Below, one piece after another: positions 57,477 through 64,000 of a stretch of 64,000 nucleotides of DNA (positions within the stretch are counted from its first letter, which is position 1; each line of letters opens with the position of its first letter). Origin of the DNA: an uncultured virus (IMG/VR IMGVR_UViG_3300007542_000024) (taxonomy: Duplodnaviria > Heunggongvirae > Uroviricota > Caudoviricetes). Below the pieces are notes generated by a model. The model searched no databases, was not told the origin of the DNA, and worked only from the letters and a program-made list of their open reading frames with translations. A program made the translations under genes and the position numbers. The stretch is from IMG/VR virus record IMGVR_UViG_3300007542_000024; one strand, given 5' to 3'.

Positions 57477-58570
57477 GCTACGCGAGGTACCGCGGGAGCC
57501 GCTCCGGCAGCGCCCGGGGCAGCGGGCTGAGGGATGCGCCGGTGGCGGAAGTTCCCGGCGGCGGGCTGCAGCTCTGCACGCATGGCGGGGTTCTGCGGGC
57601 GGTCCTCCAGGTGACGCTTGAGGGCCACCGCGCCCGTCAGGCCCGCAAGGGCTCCGCCTCCGATCATGGCCGGAACGCCGGTGAGGTGCTTCAGTCGGAA
57701 GTACCTGTAGGCCGAGGGGGCCCGCGGGACCTTCCCCGTGGCCGCGGTGATGGCTGCCTTCTCACGCGACATCGCCTTGGACTTGGCCTCGCCCACGGCG
57801 TGCTCGGCCTGGCGGAACACGCCCTGGCGGTCGAAGCCCCGCTGTGGGGCGAAACGAGCCTCGACGCCCGTGTCCACCTTGAGCTTGTCCCCGCCCAACC
57901 CGTCGAAGGCCGACCGGATGCTCTTGGACATCCGGTCGTAGTCGTAGACGTCCATCTGCCAGGCGCCGCGCTTCCGCCGCTCGAGCTGCTTCCGGATCTG
58001 GGCGGTGGGCTTCTCCAGCCGGATGGCCACATCGAAGTGACCCGGGTTGGCCTTGGTGAAGATGTGGCTCTGGTCCATGACGATGCCCTTGCGGCCCTTC
58101 AGCCCAGCGCTCTCGATGTACTTCTCGACCTGGCGCCCCTTGGTGAGGTGCTTGCCAGCCGCGTCCAGGTCGCGATGCTCCAGGCCGAGCTGCCTGGCGA
58201 GCTCGCGCGCCAGCGTGGTCTTGCCCGTGCCTCCCGTGGCGCCGATTGCGATGTTGATCTTCTTCGGATCCAGGCCTCGGCGTCGAATCTCCTTGGCGAT
58301 GGCCTTGGCCTGCGCGATGACCTGGGGAGGGGTGCCCCGCTTGGCCGCTTCCTGGGCCTCTATCGCCCGGGCGCCTCCCTTGCCGATGCTGGCGAGGTGG
58401 GCGCCGAGCTCGATGCGCAAGCCCTTGTACCTGCCCAGCACCCCGGCGGTACCCGCGGCCGTTCCGGCAGCCGCGCCGCCGGCTCCGGCCATCACGTCAC
58501 CCTCGTCCACACGGGGAGCAGCGATCTTCTCGAGCTCGTCACAGAAGGCGTAGTAGGTCGTGCCGGACAT
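57473..58570 (-). CDS. P-loop nucleoside/nucleotide kinase-like protein with AFCDELEKIA leader and flanking glycine zippers
   Basis: IAIGATGGTGKTTLARELARQLG...DLD; GGAGGT RBS; TATGAT -10-like box at 58591-58596. Confidence 0.8.
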   Translation of the reverse strand: MSGTTYYAFCDELEKIAAPRVDEGDVMAGAGGAAAGTAAGTAGVLGRYKGLRIELGAHLASIGKGGARAIEAQEAAKRGTPPQVIAQAKAIAKEIRRRGLDPKKINIAIGATGGTGKTTLARELARQLGLEHRDLDAAGKHLTKGRQVEKYIESAGLKGRKGIVMDQSHIFTKANPGHFDVAIRLEKPTAQIRKQLERRKRGAWQMDVYDYDRMSKSIRSAFDGLGGDKLKVDTGVEARFAPQRGFDRQGVFRQAEHAVGEAKSKAMSREKAAITAATGKVPRAPSAYRYFRLKHLTGVPAMIGGGALAGLTGAVALKRHLEDRPQNPAMRAELQPAAGNFRHRRIPQPAAPGAAGAAPAVPRVA

Positions 58571-58599
58571 GGTACCTCCGAAGCACTCCTATCATAGCG

Positions 58600-58680
58600 A
58601 AAAGGGAGATGGGCCGCTCCGCGCCCCCTCGACCATGCGAGGAGGCGCGGAGCAGCGGGTGGAGGCAGTGTTCTCCCGAC
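58600..58680 (-). ncRNA. Candidate small structured RNA or strong terminator
   Basis: 19-bp stem, fully paired on the minus strand only (two G-U pairs), enclosed by GGGAGA/TCTCCC and followed by TTTT; ATAAG motif 12 nt upstream. Confidence 0.5.
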
Positions 58681-58688
58681 TCAAGAGG

Positions 58689-58701
58689 CTTATCCCCGAA
58701 A
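58689..58701 (-). promoter_or_regulatory. TTTC-N4-ATAAG motif
   Basis: TTTCGGGGATAAG, intergenic. Confidence 0.6.
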
Positions 58702-58714
58702 CCCGGGGCTGATT

Positions 58715-59353
58715 CTACAGCTCGAAGCCCTTCAAGAAGTCGTCGATCTCATCGTCCTCGAGGCCGAGCTCGTCCTCGGCCGGCGTGGCGACCTTCTCCT
58801 TGCCCTTCGGCTTGTCCACCTGGCACTCTCCCAGCCCCAGCGGGTCGCAGTCAGCGTGCTCGCAGTCGCGGCAGAGGTCCTCGTTGTAGTCCGAGGCGGT
58901 CAGGTCGTGCACGGTCGAATCGGCCGGACCCATGGGGCGGGCGCAGCAGGCGCAGGGCTTCAGGTCTTCCTCGAGGTCACCTCGGCTGGGCTTGGGGGTG
59001 CCGCGGGGGCGCTTGGTCTTCTTGGGGGCCAGGATGACCGGGTGGATGCTGCGCCACAGCCTGGGGAGTTCCGGGGCAGGGTGCATCGTCCAGGCGCCCA
59101 GGTGGTCGCCCAAGGCGATGAGGATCTTGGCGTACAGTCCGTTGTTGCTCGTGTGGGCGCGCACCTGGCGCCAGCTCAGCCCCTGATCCGCTCCGGGCAG
59201 GCCGGCGCAGAAGGCCAGGATCTCACCCTTGCGCTGCTCGACAGCCTCTCGGTCGAGCTCGACGGCGTCTGTGACCTCGGGACCGTACCGCAGGCGCAGG
59301 CAGGGGGCACGGTCACCGGCGAGCAGCTCGCCTACGCTGAACGTGCGAGCCAT
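58715..59353 (-). CDS. Hypothetical protein with Cys cluster and acidic tail
   Basis: 212 aa; CACC...CRDC...C...C. Confidence 0.7.
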   Translation of the reverse strand: MARTFSVGELLAGDRAPCLRLRYGPEVTDAVELDREAVEQRKGEILAFCAGLPGADQGLSWRQVRAHTSNNGLYAKILIALGDHLGAWTMHPAPELPRLWRSIHPVILAPKKTKRPRGTPKPSRGDLEEDLKPCACCARPMGPADSTVHDLTASDYNEDLCRDCEHADCDPLGLGECQVDKPKGKEKVATPAEDELGLEDDEIDDFLKGFEL

Positions 59354-60169
59354 CTACACCTCCCCGATCTCCACCATCAAGGGATCCACCTCGCGGAGCT
59401 TGGCGGTGATGATGGGGGCGATCTCGGCTTCGTCCCATGCGGGGAGCGCCTCGGGGTGGACCTCCTGCACCACGCGGGACATCACCATCGCCAGGTGATC
59501 GGGGGCGATGTTGTAGCCCCGCCGGAGGAACTTCACGACGCGGAGCAGGGAGCCGCCAGCTTCCTCCTCACGCATCGGCCGCATGTAGGCCAGGCGTTTG
59601 GCGGCCAGGTCGGCGTAGTACCGGGGGTGGCACATGGAGGTCCATCCCGGTTGGCGGCGCAGGGCAGCATGCGAGGCGCGCTCGCGCTTCTGGAAGTCGT
59701 CCGCGGGGCCGCCGAACAGGGCTGCCTGCTCGCCCTCGGTATGACGCATCCACAGCCCCGCGGAGGCGATGGTGAAGTCGAAGGACAGCAGCATCTTGGT
59801 GGGGTTGCTGTAGGTCCAGCGGTGGACCACCTGCACCGCCGTTCGCCAGCGGCGGACGGTGTAGGCGTTGTCGGTGACCCAGATGTGGCCCTTGTCCACA
59901 CCGGCCTCGAAGCTCTCTTCGAGCAGGAAGGCCGTCACGGTCTGCGCCAGTTCCTTGTCGTCGACGATGAGGTCGATGTCGTTGACCGGCGTGCCCGAGA
60001 TGGTGGAGCGGATGAACCCGCCGGCGACGAACACGCGCCCGGGGTACTCACAGAGTACCTCGAGGATGCGCTGGGGCAGGACGCGCAGGCAGAACTGGAG
60101 GTCTTCCCACAGCAGCTGGCCCATAGGCTGGGCAGCCGTGGTGCAGGGGTCGAGCGGCTCTTGGGTCAT
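59354..60169 (-). CDS. Nucleotidyltransferase (CCA/poly(A) polymerase head-domain-like)
   Basis: VFVAGGFIRS...NDIDL and SFDFTI motifs. Confidence 0.75.
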   Translation of the reverse strand: MTQEPLDPCTTAAQPMGQLLWEDLQFCLRVLPQRILEVLCEYPGRVFVAGGFIRSTISGTPVNDIDLIVDDKELAQTVTAFLLEESFEAGVDKGHIWVTDNAYTVRRWRTAVQVVHRWTYSNPTKMLLSFDFTIASAGLWMRHTEGEQAALFGGPADDFQKRERASHAALRRQPGWTSMCHPRYYADLAAKRLAYMRPMREEEAGGSLLRVVKFLRRGYNIAPDHLAMVMSRVVQEVHPEALPAWDEAEIAPIITAKLREVDPLMVEIGEV

Positions 60170-60465
60170 CCGGCACTCCGCCCGGGGTAGCCGGGGATCG
60201 GCTCGCGCGGCTTGAGGCCCACGCAGACCCAGGCCTCGTTCTCGGGGACGTTGAGCTGCTTGGCGGTCTCGATGTTCATGGAGAGCACCTGGGGGCCCGT
60301 GGCGCCCTGGAGCTGCACGCAGAAGCGCTTGGGAGGCCTGCCAGAGCGGTGGGGGATGACCTGGGCGGGCACTTCGTCGCCCGACTTGCCGCCAGGCGGC
60401 ATCAGGAGGACCCGGTCACCGACCTTGAGCGGGCCGATGGGGGTGTTGATGTGTTCGGAAGGCAT
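60166..60465 (-). CDS. Small hypothetical protein (99 aa)
   Basis: Start reassigned to ATG 60465 after GAGGT; LKVGDRV suggests an SH3/KOW-like fold. Confidence 0.6.
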   Translation of the reverse strand: MPSEHINTPIGPLKVGDRVLLMPPGGKSGDEVPAQVIPHRSGRPPKRFCVQLQGATGPQVLSMNIETAKQLNVPENEAWVCVGLKPREPIPGYPGRSAG

Positions 60466-60467
60466 GA

Positions 60468-61103
60468 CTACCTCTCGTTGAGTGCCCGAAGTCGAGTTTT
60501 CTGCTCTTCGGACATGGGGGTGGACTTCACGTCGACGGGCTTGAAGGCGTAGGGCAGGGAGCGGAACACGTTCTCGCGGAACCACATGTGGATGCACATC
60601 CCACCGTCGACGTCGGTGTTGAGGTCGTAGCCGAGCAGGCCTGCGCCGGCGCGGCGAAGAAGTTCGGCTGCGTAGGCCCCGTGCGTGGCCCACACGGGGA
60701 TCTGTCCGGTGGCCTCCACGAGCTCTGGGCAGACGGTGAGGTTGATCTCATCCCACTTGCCGCCGCGACCGGCGAGCTCATCGATGAGGAAGGCCACCTG
60801 GGGGTCGCTACCCTGCCCCACGGGCTTGAAGGCGTAGGCGAGCGAGCGGAAGGCTCGCGCATCCACGCGGATGCGCCCGCTGCGGGTGCGGGCATCGAGT
60901 TGGTGCGCCACGAGACGTGACCCGCAGCGACGGAGGACCTGCGCAAGCAGGTTCCCGTAGGTGGCGGCTACCTCCACGTAGCCTTTCTCGAGCTCTCCCC
61001 GGGACACGGTCATGCTGACCTCGTCGGAGGGCGAGCCGTACCTGTTGACGACAGCCAGGGCATCCCTGGCTTGCTGAGCTGTCTCTACGTTGTGCCAATT
61101 CAT
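60468..61103 (-). CDS. Hypothetical protein with internal domain duplication
   Basis: FRSLAYAFKP and FRSLPYAFKP end two similar halves. Confidence 0.7.
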   Translation of the reverse strand: MNWHNVETAQQARDALAVVNRYGSPSDEVSMTVSRGELEKGYVEVAATYGNLLAQVLRRCGSRLVAHQLDARTRSGRIRVDARAFRSLAYAFKPVGQGSDPQVAFLIDELAGRGGKWDEINLTVCPELVEATGQIPVWATHGAYAAELLRRAGAGLLGYDLNTDVDGGMCIHMWFRENVFRSLPYAFKPVDVKSTPMSEEQKTRLRALNER

Positions 61104-61249
61104 GTGTCACCTGTTTCGGCGGGTGGCTCCGCATTCCCGTGCTCCCCGGACGGCCCTGTCCCTCTCGGGCAGTCGACCTCCTCCCCCATTCGACGGTTCA
61201 CCGCACGGGCACGCGCTTCCACTCCACACTGGCCGGTTGACCATGCTGC

Positions 61250-61474
61250 TTATGCCCGTTTCCGGCCGCGGTTCTCGGTCGTCAGGGCGCGGTCCATGGC
61301 CATCCAGAAGGCGAGGATGCCCTGGATGATCGTGGAGTTGGAGATGTGCTTGCGGAAGGGGCGGACGATGCTACTGCGCTGTAGCTCGCTCTTCTTGCGC
61401 TCGATGAACGCTGCCTGCTCGGGAGGGATGCGGATGGTCATCTGCACCATCCCCTTCGACTTCTTGCGGGTCAT
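61250..61474 (-). CDS. Ribbon-helix-helix-like DNA-binding protein
   Basis: MVQMTIRIPPEQAAFIE; GGAGAGG RBS. Confidence 0.6.
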   Translation of the reverse strand: MTRKKSKGMVQMTIRIPPEQAAFIERKKSELQRSSIVRPFRKHISNSTIIQGILAFWMAMDRALTTENRGRKRA

Positions 61475-62024
61475 TCGCCTCTCCTTGCTGCAGCGTCGCG
61501 ATGTACGCCTTCCAGGCTTCTACGTCTCTTCTTTGTACCCAGACTTGCCGCGGGTTGCCAGCGTTCCACCGGGCAGTGCCTCGACTTCCCGGGAACTTGA
61601 AGGTGACGTAGCCTCCGGTTTCCTCGACCCCGGGGGAGACGTCAGTGACGGTGGCCTGGGGCCAGCGACGGCGCACTTCGGCTTCGGCGTGCTCGGCTCG
61701 TTCGCGGGAGCGCTCCTTCAGCTCGAGGAACTCGCACGTGTGCGCATGCGTCACGGCGAAGCGCCCGTTGCCTGGCGAGCTGTAGACGCGCAGAGCGTGC
61801 GTGCAGCCCTCGGGGAGGTCCGAGGCGAAGACCCAGCGCGCGTAGTAATAGCGGAGGGGCCCCATGTACGGGACGGCCGCGTCTTCGTCGCACTCGAACT
61901 CTACGAGGTAGTCGGCGAGCGCCTCGAGGTAGGTCCCGCGGTCCACGTGCCCCCGCACGTAGTACTCGACGGGATCCCCGTCCCACACCAGGGGGAGGAC
62001 CTCTCCCACGGCAGCGGACGGCAT
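61371..62024 (-). CDS. Hypothetical protein
   Basis: Start 62024, TGATG-coupled; 3' overlap with the RHH gene. Confidence 0.6.
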   Translation of the reverse strand: MPSAAVGEVLPLVWDGDPVEYYVRGHVDRGTYLEALADYLVEFECDEDAAVPYMGPLRYYYARWVFASDLPEGCTHALRVYSSPGNGRFAVTHAHTCEFLELKERSRERAEHAEAEVRRRWPQATVTDVSPGVEETGGYVTFKFPGSRGTARWNAGNPRQVWVQRRDVEAWKAYIATLQQGEANDPQEVEGDGADDHPHPSRAGSVHRAQEERATAQ

Positions 62025-62446
62025 CAGAACCTCGTGGACGGGCGCCTGGAGTCGGGCCACCCGTCGAACAGCTCGACGATGCGCATGCCAGCGGACTGAG
62101 GATACTCGCGAAACTCGGGGTCCTCGAGGGTGCCGTCCGCCTGGCGCGCGGCCCACTCTTGCTGCATCAGCTTGTCGTTCGCCCAGTTGGGGAAGCCCTG
62201 CGCGTAGTCGATGGCGAACCCGAGCATCGCGTCGGTGACGCGGCCGCGACGGAGTGCCAGGTCCGTGTGCCCCAGGGCATCCAGACGCTCCGAGAGGACG
62301 TACAGGTGGTCGCCGGCGTCCGTGGAGTCCTTCGTCTGCACGAGCATCGAAGCCACGCGGCGTACCTCCTCGGCTGTCGGGGAGGTCTCGAAGTCGTCAT
62401 GGGCGATGGCGAACGCCTTGAGCGACGTATGCTGGATCAGTTCCAT
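62024..62446 (-). CDS. Hypothetical protein
   Basis: 140-aa ORF, tightly packed. Confidence 0.65.
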   Translation of the reverse strand: MELIQHTSLKAFAIAHDDFETSPTAEEVRRVASMLVQTKDSTDAGDHLYVLSERLDALGHTDLALRRGRVTDAMLGFAIDYAQGFPNWANDKLMQQEWAARQADGTLEDPEFREYPQSAGMRIVELFDGWPDSRRPSTRF

Positions 62447-62637
62447 CGTTCAACGCTCTCCCGGATGCTCTCCAGCGTCTCCCACATCTTGTCGGTAACG
62501 CGGTTCGTGGCGCGGGCGGTCTCGCTCATCCCCTCCACGAGCTGCGCCCAGCGTCCGGACGCGCGGCAGGATGAGGGGAGGTCGGCAATGTCTTGGAGCA
62601 GGTCGTCGGCCTGCTCGAGGAAGGAGTCGGAGTCCAT
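62437..62637 (-). CDS. Small hypothetical protein (66 aa)
   Basis: ATG 62637 after GAGGT, 40 nt downstream of an ATAAG motif. Confidence 0.65.
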   Translation of the reverse strand: MDSDSFLEQADDLLQDIADLPSSCRASGRWAQLVEGMSETARATNRVTDKMWETLESIRESVERWN

Positions 62638-62676
62638 GGGTACCTCACGTAGGGAGTCACGAGGGGGAGTACTACC

Positions 62677-62690
62677 CTTATGCGCGAAAG
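62677..62690 (-). promoter_or_regulatory. TTTC-N4-ATAAG motif
   Basis: CTTTCGCGCATAAG, intergenic. Confidence 0.7.
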
Positions 62691-62705
62691 AGAGCGCGAA
62701 CGCCA

Positions 62706-62731
62706 GCCCCCTCTGGCAGGCCAGAGGGGGC
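62706..62731 (-). terminator. Terminator-like hairpin
   Basis: 11-bp stem GCCCCCTCTGG/CCAGAGGGGGC just after a stop codon; weak U-tract. Confidence 0.5.
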
Positions 62732-62743
62732 CGGGGGAGAGTC

Positions 62744-63703
62744 CTACTCGATGGGCAGCGACTCACGGGCGGGTTCGGGCTTCTCGATGTCGTCCGGCGT
62801 GTCCGTGCCCTTCACGGGCTCCGGGGGCGGATACCCCGCGGCGACGAAGAGCTGGGTCACCAGGTCGGTGTCGCGGCCGGCTTCCCACTCACGCTGCAGG
62901 ATGGTGATGATGTCCTCGAGCTTGGTCTCGGCGAGGTCCGCGCGCTTGGTGAGCGCGACGTACTGCGCCGCGAGCCACTCCAGCCCGTCGAAGACCGGCT
63001 CGAAGACGGAGAAGTCCTCGGGCGAGGCCAGGTGGTTGGTCAGCCCGATCACGACGGCCTTGGCCTTGTCGGTGAACTCCAGGTGGTTGTAGTCCAGGAA
63101 GAAGGGGTGGGTGTGCAGACCTTCCACGACGCGGATGATCGTGGTGGCGAGGATGTGCTTGGGGCGCATGGAGACCTCTCGAGCGGGAGTGCGTTCACGG
63201 GCAGAAGCCCCGTGGGCGGTGGGTGTGGGGTTCAGGCGAAGTGCGCGGTCCAGCGCACGGTAGGTGGAGTGCGGGCAGTACTTGGCGATGGTGCGCTCGA
63301 GGGACATGCGAAGCTGGTCGCTGTTGAGCAGCACGGGCGAATCTTCGACGTAGGGGACGGTCACCTGCAGGATGGCGTTCTGGAACGCCTCGTGGAAGTG
63401 GCTGCGCGGGCTGTTGGCGAAGTAGGGCCAGAGCCCGGCGAGGGTCACAGCGGCGGCGCGCGGATCCTGCAGCTTGCGGCGGGTAGCGAGCACGGTGGAT
63501 GCCCGCGCAGTGCGCATCCAGCGCCAGAACTCCCGAACAGCAGGAGGGGAGTGCATCTCGCCCAGGGCATACTCGACGCGCGCGTCGTAGAGGGACTTGT
63601 GCATGGACTCTCCAGGGCCGAGCGACGGGTGCACGTTCGACGGTGGGGGCACGGGCAGACGGAAGGCCTGCCCCGTAGCCTCGAGGGAAGGAATGGTGGA
63701 CAT
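62744..63703 (-). CDS. Hypothetical protein
   Basis: 319 aa; GAGGT RBS at both the annotated start and an internal start (63169). Confidence 0.65.
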   Translation of the reverse strand: MSTIPSLEATGQAFRLPVPPPSNVHPSLGPGESMHKSLYDARVEYALGEMHSPPAVREFWRWMRTARASTVLATRRKLQDPRAAAVTLAGLWPYFANSPRSHFHEAFQNAILQVTVPYVEDSPVLLNSDQLRMSLERTIAKYCPHSTYRALDRALRLNPTPTAHGASARERTPAREVSMRPKHILATTIIRVVEGLHTHPFFLDYNHLEFTDKAKAVVIGLTNHLASPEDFSVFEPVFDGLEWLAAQYVALTKRADLAETKLEDIITILQREWEAGRDTDLVTQLFVAAGYPPPEPVKGTDTPDDIEKPEPARESLPIE

Positions 63704-63720
63704 GTGTACCTCTCACCTAC

Positions 63721-63734
63721 CTTATGCGTGAAAG
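63721..63734 (-). promoter_or_regulatory. TTTC-N4-ATAAG motif
   Basis: CTTTCACGCATAAG, intergenic; differs from the 62677 copy at one base. Confidence 0.7.
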
Positions 63735-63757
63735 TGTGGGGCGGTGCCCCCGCCCGC

Positions 63758-63976
63758 CTACTGGCGGGCGGGGGCTTCGAAGACGCCGGGGGCGCTCTCG
63801 ACCATCGGGATCACCACGGTACCCTCGGGGGGTTGGTAGCGCGGCTGCGCCTTGCGGGCGTCGGGGGGCACCTCGTAGGTGAACTCGATGTCAGCGGTGT
63901 CTCGTCGAGCCTTGGCCTGCCCGCGTGCGATTCCGACGCGGATGTTGCGGGTCAGGACTTCCAGCAGGACGCTCAC
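63758..63976 (-). CDS. Small hypothetical protein
   Basis: 72-aa ORF in the operon direction. Confidence 0.55.
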   Translation of the reverse strand: MSVLLEVLTRNIRVGIARGQAKARRDTADIEFTYEVPPDARKAQPRYQPPEGTVVIPMVESAPGVFEAPARQ

Positions 63977-64000
63977 TGCGCGAGCTCGCGCTTGTGCTCC

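Noticed and set aside
61136..61209. tRNA gene suggested by a 7-bp closing stem
   Set aside because: No convincing T-arm or D-arm consensus, anticodon arm geometry or CCA end.

Overview
A 64-kb segment of a large, GC-rich, contractile-tailed (myovirus-like) bacteriophage genome; no cellular housekeeping context, rRNA, tRNA or CRISPR array was seen. All calls come from motifs read by eye, with no database search. (i) 1-16.4 kb, minus strand: a DNA replication/recombination module (RusA, Cas4-like and Hjc-like nucleases, RecA, family A DNA polymerase, SSB-like protein, primase, DnaB-like and SF2 helicases, UDG-like protein, XRE regulator). (ii) 16.5-57.5 kb, mostly plus strand: a morphogenesis module (portal, baseplate spike, large terminase, prohead protease, major capsid, neck proteins, 1020-aa tail sheath, tail tube). 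It also contains a single 2036-aa fused beta-beta' multi-subunit-type RNA polymerase. (iii) 57.5-64 kb, minus strand: small accessory genes. Main discoveries: a short leader, [AGS]-F-x-x-E-L-x-K-[IVL]-A, shared by nine otherwise dissimilar, mostly basic/glycine-zipper proteins and echoed in three paralogous scaffold-like proteins; a K-x-A motif saturating head-associated proteins (together a candidate capsid-targeting and protease-processing cargo system); a strand-specific motif (T)TC-N4-ATAAG upstream of leftward transcription units (candidate promoter of the phage RNAP); sigma70-like promoters elsewhere; two candidate structured small RNAs; and an unannotated acidic/hydrophobic micro-peptide pair beside the RNAP gene.
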